From Sediminibacterium sp. (GTDB lineage: Bacteria > Bacteroidota > Bacteroidia > Chitinophagales > Chitinophagaceae), in NCBI GenBank assembly GCA_027490265.1, contig JAIXYL010000169.1, positions 6,316 to 70,315 of the forward strand: 64,000 nt of DNA. The letters are read 5' to 3'. Made by a program: the position numbers and the translations under genes. The notes below the pieces were generated by a model, which did not search any database, was not told where the DNA came from, and saw only the letters and a list, made by a program, of their open reading frames with translations. Position 1 is the stretch's first letter. Every line of letters begins with the position of its first letter. Below, piece after piece: positions 56,155-64,000 of this stretch.

Positions 56155-56817
56155 TTATTTTTCGGAAGGATTGCTTTTTCCGGCCAATAATTTCTCAAGC
56201 GCAGTTTCTAATCTTCTTTTGCGGGTTTCTTCTTTTTTAGCCCCTTCTATCCAATTGACGTATTCTTTTTGGTTAGTAAAAGACAATGAGGTAAAAAATT
56301 CTTTGGCTTCTTCGTGTGTAGTAAACAAACGATCTAATTCAACTGGGGCTTTCACCAAACGCTTTTCAAAATCAACCCCGTTTACGGCTAATTTGGCTTC
56401 GGAAAAATTTCGTTCTTTATTAGGGATTTGATCGGTCTTTTTAAAACGCATAGCACTCCAAACATGGTCTAATGCCACTTGACGAACGCATTCAAAATTT
56501 TGGGCTGTAATACACTCCCAGCTACAATCTCTGTTTAAATCAGAGGCTATTTTGCTGGTCTTTTTTGGATAGGCAATCCATAGTTTGCTTTCATTATGCA
56601 ATGCAGGAATAACTTCCTTTAATAAATTTTTTAACTGCTGCTCACTCAAAGCAAATACCAATGCAAAATCTACTTTTTTACTCTTTAATAAGGGCGTAAT
56701 ATTTTTCGCGTAGGTTAGTTTGGCAAACTGTTTTTCTACTGAAGAAGGCAAACCTTGAATGAGTAAATTTTTCTCATCCTTCAATTGGAGTTTTTCGAGT
56801 AGTGTTTGATTCGACAT
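56155..56817 (-). CDS. YdeI/OmpD-associated family protein
   Basis: The C-terminal ...FTSLSFTNQKEYVNWIEGAKKEETRKRRLETALEKL matches the YdeI family signature. Confidence 0.65.
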   Translation of the reverse strand: MSNQTLLEKLQLKDEKNLLIQGLPSSVEKQFAKLTYAKNITPLLKSKKVDFALVFALSEQQLKNLLKEVIPALHNESKLWIAYPKKTSKIASDLNRDCSWECITAQNFECVRQVALDHVWSAMRFKKTDQIPNKERNFSEAKLAVNGVDFEKRLVKAPVELDRLFTTHEEAKEFFTSLSFTNQKEYVNWIEGAKKEETRKRRLETALEKLLAGKSNPSEK

Positions 56818-56849
56818 GCCTTAGAGGAATTTATATGCAATTAAAGTTG

Positions 56850-56857
56850 CAAAGTTA
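56850..56857 (-). promoter_or_regulatory. -7 box TAacTTTG upstream of the YdeI-like gene
   Basis: The reverse complement of caaagtta, 33 nt from ATG 56817. Confidence 0.4.
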
Positions 56858-56865
56858 AAAAAATG

Positions 56866-57675
56866 TTATGACTTTTTATAGTAATTCTGAATAGTACTAG
56901 ACATGATTTTTTCAAGTGCAGCAATTCTTTCAGCATCACTTGGGTGTGTACTTAATATAGAAGGGGTATTGGAATTGTTACCAGCCGCCGCAGACATTCT
57001 GTTCCAAAATAAAATGGCTTCTCTTGGATCATATCCAGCCAATGCAGAAAACATTAAACCAAAACGATCTGCTTCTAATTCATTACTTCTACTAAAAGCT
57101 GGCATAGCTGCACCAGATACGATTCCATAAGAAGCATTAAAAATGTCTTGTGTCAATTGAGGTTTGCTAGACATCGCAATAGAAATGCCAGCCCCTAAAC
57201 CTTGTTGAAAAAGCGCTTGACTCATGCGTTCACTGCCATGTTTTGCTAAAGCGTGTGCAATTTCATGTCCCATCACAACGGCTAAGCCCGCTTCATTTTT
57301 TGTAACGGGTAAAATACCTGTGTAAACTACAATCCTGCCACCTGGCATACACCAAGCATTCATTTGTTTATCGTTCACTAAATTGATCTCCCAGGTGTAG
57401 CCTGCTAATTCTTGGGACAATCCCTTTTGTTGATAATAGGCTTTAATAGCATTAACGATTCTTTCGCCAACCCTTTTAACCATTAGTGCATCTGCATTGC
57501 CAGTTACCACTTTATTGGTATTCAGAAATGATTGATACTGGCCTGCTGCTAAAGACTGTGCTTCTGCTTCGGGCACTAAACTTAATTGTTTGCGACCCGT
57601 AATAGCATTGCGTTGACAAGCCAAAAACATTCCAACGAATGTGACAATGCATACGTAATAAACAACTTTCTTCAT
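56866..57675 (-). CDS. M48 family metallopeptidase (lipoprotein)
   Basis: HEIAHAL (HExxH) and a downstream E. The lipoprotein-like N-terminus starts at ATG 57675 (MKKVVYYVCIVTFVGMFLAC). Confidence 0.85.
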   Translation of the reverse strand: MKKVVYYVCIVTFVGMFLACQRNAITGRKQLSLVPEAEAQSLAAGQYQSFLNTNKVVTGNADALMVKRVGERIVNAIKAYYQQKGLSQELAGYTWEINLVNDKQMNAWCMPGGRIVVYTGILPVTKNEAGLAVVMGHEIAHALAKHGSERMSQALFQQGLGAGISIAMSSKPQLTQDIFNASYGIVSGAAMPAFSRSNELEADRFGLMFSALAGYDPREAILFWNRMSAAAGNNSNTPSILSTHPSDAERIAALEKIMSSTIQNYYKKS

Positions 57676-57702
57676 GTAAAAACTTAAGTACAAATTCAAC
57701 AA

Positions 57703-58347
57703 TTACTTTCTACGCCCTGCCTTATCCCTTGATCTAAACAATGGGATCTTACTTTCTGTACCTTTTAAGATTCTTCCGATATTTTTTTGATGGGTTAGTA
57801 TCACCATCAGTGCCACCAATACTGCAAAAATGCGATAGAGTGTTTCCTTCTCATTAAATATGAATAGAATAAACACCATAAAAGACACCCCTGCTAATAT
57901 TGAACTTAATGAAACAAAACGCGTTAGATACAAGACCAACAAAAACACACCCACACAACATAATGCAACCAAGGGTTGAATGGCTACGGCCATACCTAAT
58001 AATGTAGCAACCCCTTTGCCTCCTCTAAAACCAGCCCAAATAGGAAAAATATGACCTAACACAGCGGCCAATCCTAAACCAATCATGAAATTGGTTCTAT
58101 CCCACTCATCCGTTAAATAATATGGTAACAAAATATAAAGAGAAGTGGCAATTACACCTTTGAGAACATCTACGGACATTACAATAGTACCCCACTTAGA
58201 ACCCAACACTCTAAAGGTATTGGTTGCACCTGCATTTCCACTACCGTAATCTCTAATATCTATCTTGAAAAAATACTTACTTATCCAAACTGCTGTTGGC
58301 ACCGAACCAATGAAATATGCCAACAAAATCAATAAAACTTCGTTCAT
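57703..58347 (-). CDS. plsY: Glycerol-3-phosphate acyltransferase PlsY
   Basis: YFIGSVPTAVWISK...GSGNAGATN...RGGKGVAT. ATG at 58347. Confidence 0.9.
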   Translation of the reverse strand: MNEVLLILLAYFIGSVPTAVWISKYFFKIDIRDYGSGNAGATNTFRVLGSKWGTIVMSVDVLKGVIATSLYILLPYYLTDEWDRTNFMIGLGLAAVLGHIFPIWAGFRGGKGVATLLGMAVAIQPLVALCCVGVFLLVLYLTRFVSLSSILAGVSFMVFILFIFNEKETLYRIFAVLVALMVILTHQKNIGRILKGTESKIPLFRSRDKAGRRK

Positions 58348-58416
58348 GTACGTATAAATTGGGGATACAAAGATAAACAATTATCTAAGTTAATAATTTC
58401 TTAACCTAAAACGAAC

Positions 58417-59250
58417 TTAAATAAATGAAAATTGTATGGCCACCCACCCCTCTTTTTCAAGTGTTTGTTCATGTTTGAACCCATATTCCTTAGACAGTTC
58501 TATCATAGCAGCTTCATCAGACACCAATAAACCGCTTAAAATAAGTTGTCCATTTGATTTCACAATTTTTGGGAAATAAGGCCAATTGGCTTCTAAAATA
58601 TGGCGATTGATATTGGCAATGACAATATCATACTGCTCATTAAGGCTTAATTGATCAGCCAATTGAATCATGATTGAATGACAATGATTTACCAATGCAT
58701 TTTCTTCTGCGTTTTCAATACACCATGCATCATTGTCAATTGCTAAAACAGAAGATGCGCCTAATTTTTCAGCAAGAATGGCCAATATACCCGTGCCTGT
58801 GCCAAAATCAAATACAGATTTGTTCTTAAAATCAATGCCTTGCATCAATTGCATAACTGAATAAGTAGTACCATGATGACCGGTTCCAAAACTCATTTTG
58901 GGCGTAATGATTAATTCATGTTCAACATCTTGTATTGGAGGATGAAAAGCTGCTCGAACACCAACAAAATGTCCTACTTGCATGGGACTGAAATTGGATT
59001 CCCAAACCTGATTCCAATTCTGCTTTTCAATGATGGTCATTTCATATTGTAACGCCAATGGTTCAATTAAATTAGTCAACGATGCAGCATCAAACGCATC
59101 AAAAGCAATGTATGCTTTCAAAGCGTCCGCTTCTTCTAAAAAACCGTCGTATCCAATGGTTGATAATTGTGCGACCAACTGATCTGACAATGATTCAGGT
59201 TGATTGGTCAACGAAATAATCACTTCACAATATTGTTGAGACATAGGCAT
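58417..59250 (-). CDS. prmA: Ribosomal protein L11 methyltransferase
   Basis: FGTGHHGTT...DFGTGTGILAI...DND. Confidence 0.9.
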   Translation of the reverse strand: MPMSQQYCEVIISLTNQPESLSDQLVAQLSTIGYDGFLEEADALKAYIAFDAFDAASLTNLIEPLALQYEMTIIEKQNWNQVWESNFSPMQVGHFVGVRAAFHPPIQDVEHELIITPKMSFGTGHHGTTYSVMQLMQGIDFKNKSVFDFGTGTGILAILAEKLGASSVLAIDNDAWCIENAEENALVNHCHSIMIQLADQLSLNEQYDIVIANINRHILEANWPYFPKIVKSNGQLILSGLLVSDEAAMIELSKEYGFKHEQTLEKEGWVAIQFSFI

Positions 59251-59262
59251 GATTTAAATATC

Positions 59263-59284
59263 AATGGCCCGAATTCGGGCCATT
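59263..59284 (-). terminator. Perfect palindromic hairpin after pnp
   Basis: aatggcccgaattcgggccatt: 9-bp stem and 4-nt loop, 23 nt downstream of the pnp stop. The U-tail is weak. Confidence 0.5.
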
Positions 59285-59306
59285 GACTATGATTGATAAA
59301 TTAATT

Positions 59307-61463
59307 CTATCCTTCGTTTTGCGGATTTTGCTCTCTTGGTTTTGCTTCTGGTTTTGGCATCAATACTTTTCTGCTCAATTTGAATTTACCAGTCTTAGGA
59401 TCTAAGCCAACTAATTTCACTTTAACCATATCGCCTTCCTTGAAGAGACCGTCCATGGATTCTAAACGGCTCCAGCTGATTTCACTGATATGTAATAAAC
59501 CTTGTTTACCTGGCATGAATTCTACAAAAGCACCAAACTCTTTAATGCCTTTTACTGGGCCTTCATAAACATCTCCAACTTCTGGTACCGCAGTAATGCT
59601 GCGCACCCAACTAACTGCTTTGTCTAAGCTGTCTTTTGATGCAGAGAAAATGCTTACTTCACCAGTATTGCCCACTTCCTCAATATTAACGGTAGCACCA
59701 GTTTCGCGTTGAATTTCTTGAATCACTTTACCACCTGGTCCTATCACCGCACCAATGAATTCTTTATCAATGATTAATTTAACCATCCTTGGCGCATGTG
59801 GTTTTACTTCAGGACGATGCGCTGGAATACAGTCATACATGGCATCCAAAATATGCAATCTACCAGCTCTTGCTTGTGTTAAGGCTTCCATCATCACTTC
59901 CATGCTTAACCCATCTACTTTAATATCCATTTGTACGCCGCAGATACCGTCACGGGTTCCCGTAACTTTAAAGTCCATATCACCTAAATGATCTTCATCA
60001 CCTAAGATATCGGTTAAGATCGCATACTTGCCGTCTTCACGTGTGATCAATCCCATAGCTACACCACTGACATGTTTTGGTACAGGAACACCTGCATCCA
60101 TCAATGCCAATGAACCCGCACATACAGTTGCCATAGAAGATGATCCATTGCTTTCTAAAATATCACTAACAATTCTTACCGTGTATGCAAAATCAGTTGA
60201 AGAAGGCATCATCTGTTTTAATGACCTTTGTGCTAAATTACCATGACCCACTTCTCTTCTACCAACTCCGCGCATCATTTTTACTTCACCAGTAGAAAAT
60301 GGTGGGAAATTATAATGCAAGAAGAATTTAGAATATTCAGATTTGGCAGCAGTTTCAGACAACAACTCATCTAATTTAGTTCCGAAGGTAACTGTGGTAA
60401 GAGACTGGGTCTCACCTCTTGTGAACAATGCAGAACCATGTGGAGTAGGTAGTGGTTCTACTTCCATTGCCAATGGTCTAACTTCATCTAATTGACGACC
60501 ATCCAAACGAATACGATCTTCTAAAATCATATTTCGTACAACTTCCCATTTAAGGTCTTCGTAATATTTTTTAGCCAATTTCTTTTGCAAATCGGTTACA
60601 TCTTCAGGAAGGCTGGCCATGATTTCATCCTTCAATGCACTGTATGCATCTGAACGCTCATGCTTGGCTGATCCTTTTCTTGAAATCTCATACACGCGAT
60701 CCTTTGCAAAATTGTAAACCAATTCCTTGATTTGCTCATCTTGTTCAGGCTTTTTGTAATCGCGTTTGGTAGTAACACCCGCTTTTGCTCTTAATTCAGC
60801 TTGGGCTTTAATTTGAATGCGAATGGCATCGTGCGCAATTTCAAGGGCTTTTACCAAATCGGCTTCTGCACATTCTTTTGCCTCACCTTCCACCATCATC
60901 AAGTTTTTCTCAGTGGCTGCAATCAAAAATTCTAAATCAGCATTCGCCAATTCAGATCTTGTTGGATTGATGATGAATTGACCATTCACGCGAGCAATTC
61001 TAACTTCGGAAATGATTTCCTTTATTGGAATATCAGACACAGCCAATGCTGCAGATGCTGCTAAACAAGCCAATGAATCAGGCAGTATTTCTGCATCGCT
61101 TGAAATTAAACTCACCAATACCTGAACATCACACAAATAATCTTCAGGGAACAATGGTCTTAATGCACGATCAATCAAACGACTGGTTAATATCTCGTAA
61201 TCATTCAAACGGGCTTCACGCTTAAAAAATGAGCCTGGCACTCTACCCGCTGAAGCAAATTTTTCTTGGTAATCTACACTTAAAGGAAAAAAGTCTTGCC
61301 CATCTTTGGGTTCCTTATTGGCAACAACGGTTGCCATAATGATACAGTTTCCTTGTTGAACGGTAACAGCACCGTCTGCTTGACGCGCCATTTTACCAGT
61401 TCCTAAAGTTACCTGACGTTGGTTGTCTAGGTTAAATTGAACACTTATTGGTTGTGATAACAT
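59307..61463 (-). CDS. pnp: Polyribonucleotide nucleotidyltransferase (PNPase)
   Basis: Two RNase PH domains, a KH domain (IGAVIGPGGKVI) and an S1 domain (GAFVEF.PGK.GLLHISE). ATG at 61463. Confidence 0.95.
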   Translation of the reverse strand: MLSQPISVQFNLDNQRQVTLGTGKMARQADGAVTVQQGNCIIMATVVANKEPKDGQDFFPLSVDYQEKFASAGRVPGSFFKREARLNDYEILTSRLIDRALRPLFPEDYLCDVQVLVSLISSDAEILPDSLACLAASAALAVSDIPIKEIISEVRIARVNGQFIINPTRSELANADLEFLIAATEKNLMMVEGEAKECAEADLVKALEIAHDAIRIQIKAQAELRAKAGVTTKRDYKKPEQDEQIKELVYNFAKDRVYEISRKGSAKHERSDAYSALKDEIMASLPEDVTDLQKKLAKKYYEDLKWEVVRNMILEDRIRLDGRQLDEVRPLAMEVEPLPTPHGSALFTRGETQSLTTVTFGTKLDELLSETAAKSEYSKFFLHYNFPPFSTGEVKMMRGVGRREVGHGNLAQRSLKQMMPSSTDFAYTVRIVSDILESNGSSSMATVCAGSLALMDAGVPVPKHVSGVAMGLITREDGKYAILTDILGDEDHLGDMDFKVTGTRDGICGVQMDIKVDGLSMEVMMEALTQARAGRLHILDAMYDCIPAHRPEVKPHAPRMVKLIIDKEFIGAVIGPGGKVIQEIQRETGATVNIEEVGNTGEVSIFSASKDSLDKAVSWVRSITAVPEVGDVYEGPVKGIKEFGAFVEFMPGKQGLLHISEISWSRLESMDGLFKEGDMVKVKLVGLDPKTGKFKLSRKVLMPKPEAKPREQNPQNEG

Positions 61464-61548
61464 AATCTGATTAATGTAGTGAGGCGTACTAAAATGCACC
61501 CATCACTGGTTTCTAAGGTTTGTTGAAAGATACAGGATAAAACAACTA

Positions 61549-61581
61549 TTCCCAACTACAAAGGCTTGTGAGTTGGGAATG
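61549..61581 (-). terminator. Hairpin in the rpsO-pnp spacer (terminator/attenuator or processing site)
   Basis: Stem attcccaact(aca) / (tgt)g-agttgggaat, 13 bp with a 1-nt bulge. On the minus strand it is followed by AGTTGTTTTAT. Confidence 0.6.
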
Positions 61582-61603
61582 GTTTTATAACATGACTGAA
61601 GAA

Positions 61604-61876
61604 TTATTTTCTCAGACCTAATTTCTCAATTAGTGCACGGTATCCGCTTAAGTTATGCTTTTGCATGTAAGCCAACAAACGCTTACGCTGACCAACCATC
61701 ATCATCAAACCACGTTGTGTAGAATGATCGTGTTTGTTTGCTTGTAAGTGCTTTGAAATATGCGCAATACGCTCAGTTAAAATTGCAACCTGCGCTTCAA
61801 TTGAACCCGTGTTGCTTGCTTTTCCACCAAATTCAGCAAAAATGCTGGCTTTTCTTTCTGTAGTTAAATAAGGCAT
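61604..61876 (-). CDS. rpsO: 30S ribosomal protein S15
   Basis: ...HLQANKHDHSTQRGLMMMVGQRKRLLAY.... Confidence 0.95.
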   Translation of the reverse strand: MPYLTTERKASIFAEFGGKASNTGSIEAQVAILTERIAHISKHLQANKHDHSTQRGLMMMVGQRKRLLAYMQKHNLSGYRALIEKLGLRK

Positions 61877-61928
61877 CTCTAAGTTTTTAAATAGACTCCG
61901 GAATTAGACTCTTTCTTTTTTTTCGGTG

Positions 61929-61936
61929 CAAAAGTA
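61929..61936 (-). promoter_or_regulatory. -7 box TActTTTG upstream of rpsO
   Basis: The reverse complement of caaaagta. A TTTG lies about 20 nt further upstream on the minus strand. The box is 53 nt from ATG 61876. Confidence 0.45.
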
Positions 61937-62111
61937 CCATTTTTCCTTAAAAAATACAAATTATCTGCATTTTTTTAGCTTCCATTGTATATTTAGGTCC
62001 AACCAAGTCAAATTTCGTATAAATCTATATAAAATGTTAGAGTTATGCAGCATAAAAAATAATAATTTGTCTTATCTTCAATCAGTACAACCAAATCATT
62101 TTTAACAGTTT

Positions 62112-63014
62112 ATGTTCGCTGTAACCATTTTAGGAAATAATTCGGCAATACCCGCTTACGATCGGCACCCTAGTGCCCAAATTGTAACGATCAATGATCA
62201 ACTGCTTTTAATTGATTGTGGAGAAGGTACCCAAATGCAATTGTCTCGTTATAAAATTAAACGAGGCAAGCTCAACCATATTTTCATTTCTCATTTGCAT
62301 GGCGATCATTATTTTGGACTAATTGGCTTATTAAGCAGTATGGCATTGTTAAACCGAGAACAGCCATTGCACTTGTTTGCACCCGCTGGCTTGGAAGAAA
62401 TCATTGCTTTACAATTAAAAGTGGCGTCTACTACCCTGCCTTATGAATTGATATTTCATCCTTTAGACAAAGCTGGGCTTATTTTAGATACCGCTAAATT
62501 TTCTGTTGAAACCTTTCAAACACAACATCGAATTCCTTGTTGGGGATTTCTTGTAAGAGAAAAAAAACTGCCCAAAAAAGTTGACAAGGATAAGGCTGTG
62601 GCACACCATATTCCGTCTGCATTTTATCCATCTTTAAAAATGGGCTACGACTATACCAGTAAAGATGGCACTGTTGTTTATAACGACGAAGTAACAACAG
62701 ACAATTCACCTGCAAGAAGTTATGCCTACTGTGCCGATACTATTTATGATGAAAATTTGGCTGACATTGCTAAAAATGTGACCATGATTTATCATGAAGC
62801 TACTTATTTAAATGGCATGGAAGATCGTGCAGCGGCCCGATTTCATTCGACCACAGCTCAAGCAGCCACCATTGCTCTAAAAGCAAATGCCGGTGGATTA
62901 TTGCTGGGGCATTTCAGTAGTAAATTTGAAGAACTACACGACTATTTAAAAGAAGCAATAGACGTTTTTCCCAATACGCAATTGGCCATTGAAGGGGTCA
63001 CATTTAGAATATGA
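62112..63014 (+). CDS. rnz: Ribonuclease Z (metallo-beta-lactamase fold)
   Basis: LLIDCGEGTQ...ISHLHGDHYFGL (HxHxDH). Confidence 0.9.
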   Translation: MFAVTILGNNSAIPAYDRHPSAQIVTINDQLLLIDCGEGTQMQLSRYKIKRGKLNHIFISHLHGDHYFGLIGLLSSMALLNREQPLHLFAPAGLEEIIALQLKVASTTLPYELIFHPLDKAGLILDTAKFSVETFQTQHRIPCWGFLVREKKLPKKVDKDKAVAHHIPSAFYPSLKMGYDYTSKDGTVVYNDEVTTDNSPARSYAYCADTIYDENLADIAKNVTMIYHEATYLNGMEDRAAARFHSTTAQAATIALKANAGGLLLGHFSSKFEELHDYLKEAIDVFPNTQLAIEGVTFRI

Positions 63015-64000
63015 AGCAACCATTCAAGTGGCTTATAGCCCTATTTTTTTGTTTTTTGTGTGCAAGTTCATTACATGCCCAATATCAAAAAGACATTGAA
63101 GCATTGTTAAAAACCTTTCCTGGCACCATTAAAGACACCAATCACTTAAACCAAGCTACACAATTAGCCTTCTATTACTCTTTTGCGGATTCAGCCAACA
63201 CATTCAAATATGCTAACTTGGCGAGTAATGCCGCAACTGCTTTATCATTTAAACCTGGACTGGCGGCTGCATTAAGAGCTAAAGCCAATTACTTCATCAT
63301 TAAAAGAGTTCCACAAAAAGCCATTCCTTTATTGTTACAGGAAGCGGCAATATGGCAACAAGTAAAACGCACAAAAGAGATAGGGGCAAATTATACCATG
63401 TTGGGGCAAGCCCATTCCTTAATGGGTAACTTTGAAGAATCATCCAGCTATTTTGAAAAAGCCGAATCCATTTATAAAAAATCTAATGACCAAAAAGCAC
63501 TGAGCGTTCTTTATCATAATGCTGGAACCATGTTCACTGAAAAAACAGAGCCCAAATTAGCGCTGGTATATCTTATTAAATCTTTAGAAATTCAGGAACA
63601 ATTAAACGATACTAAAACCATTGGTGCAACCCAAAACAATATCGGTAGGTTATTTTATCAAACCAAAAATTACCCCAAAGCCATAGAGTACTTTAACATG
63701 GCCATCAAAGCCAATGCTGTTTCACAAGATTGGAGAAACCTTGGTATTGCATACGTAAACTTAGCGAATGTATATGTAGACTTAAACGATTATCCAACGG
63801 CGCTTGAAGCGCTTAGCAAAAGTTTAGACAATTTTAATAAAGTAGATTTTAAAAGAGGCATGCAAGTGGTGTACAATAATATGGGCGCCATGAACATTCG
63901 ACAAAAAAACTATGCATCTGCCATTCCTTTACTTAAGAAAGGATTAGAGCTTGCCAATTTGAATCAATCAAAAGCTGGCGTGGCATTGATTGAACAAAAT
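63011..64000 (+). CDS. TPR-repeat protein with a signal peptide (N-terminal 330 codons; runs off the right edge). It is possibly the sensor part of a TPR-containing regulator.
   Basis: The frame is not in the track because it has no stop. The ATG at 63011 overlaps the rnz stop (ATGA). My translation is MKQPFKWLIALFFCFLCASSLHAQ..., followed by repeated 34-40-aa units of the form ..A..Y...G......NY..A...F..A. Confidence 0.6.
   Translation, partial: MKQPFKWLIALFFCFLCASSLHAQYQKDIEALLKTFPGTIKDTNHLNQATQLAFYYSFADSANTFKYANLASNAATALSFKPGLAAALRAKANYFIIKRVPQKAIPLLLQEAAIWQQVKRTKEIGANYTMLGQAHSLMGNFEESSSYFEKAESIYKKSNDQKALSVLYHNAGTMFTEKTEPKLALVYLIKSLEIQEQLNDTKTIGATQNNIGRLFYQTKNYPKAIEYFNMAIKANAVSQDWRNLGIAYVNLANVYVDLNDYPTALEALSKSLDNFNKVDFKRGMQVVYNNMGAMNIRQKNYASAIPLLKKGLELANLNQSKAGVALIEQN

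Noticed and set aside
59263-59284. Perfect 22-nt palindrome containing GAATTC, considered as a possible mobile-element end or recombination site
   Set aside because: It occurs once, lies 23 nt downstream of the pnp stop, and has no flanking repeats or recombinase gene. The simplest reading is a transcription terminator hairpin.
1-64000. Search by eye for tRNA, rRNA, tmRNA, CRISPR repeats, IS elements, integrases, and toxin-antitoxin pairs
   Set aside because: Every intergenic gap is 235 nt or shorter and AT-rich, with no cloverleaf-like or regularly spaced repeat structure. No ORF resembles a transposase, integrase or Cas protein. A computational scan (tRNAscan-SE, Infernal with Rfam, ISfinder) would be needed to exclude small ncRNAs definitively.

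Overview
This is a 64-kb chromosomal segment that is densely coding (about 68 CDS) and carries little accessory DNA. It is almost certainly from a member of Bacteroidota, probably Chitinophagia- or Sphingobacteriia-like. Three things point there: recurrent TAnnTTTG -7 promoter boxes, bacillithiol genes (bshB1, bacilliredoxin), and TonB-dependent receptors with CarboxypepD_reg-type N-termini. I found no rRNA, tRNA, CRISPR array, transposase or integrase.

Content from left to right:
- (1) 1-5577: the 3' part of a CDP-3,6-dideoxyhexose operon (rfbF, rfbG, an SDR, an acetolactate-synthase-like ThDP enzyme, rfbH) that runs off the left edge.
- (2) 5.6-8 kb: a short accessory stretch with a truncated membrane-acyltransferase remnant, a small secreted protein, DUF1003 and an AlkC/AlkD-like repair protein.
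- (3) 8065-15974: an eight-gene non-phosphorylative L-fucose utilisation operon.
- (4) 16-22 kb: poorly characterised genes. These are a YdbS/YdbT bPH pair, an SPFH lipoprotein, a zinc-ribbon protein, a DUF2130 coiled-coil nuclease-like protein, and an orphan protein with RIO/Kdo-like kinase motifs.
- (5) 22-64 kb: housekeeping genes. These include dcd, yceD-rpmF-plsX, CBS, fbaA, accD, smpB, bshB1-aguB-aguA, rpmE2, lgt, hsp20, an ECF sigma, speA-like, thrS-infC-rpmI-rplT, two TonB-dependent receptors, ABC-F, plsY, prmA, rpsO-pnp and rnz.

The candidates I rank highest for follow-up are the YerE-like branched-sugar pathway at the left edge and the DUF2130 nuclease-like plus atypical-kinase-like gene pair at 19969-22258. 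All functional calls rest on my recognition of motifs and families in the supplied translations. No database search was run.
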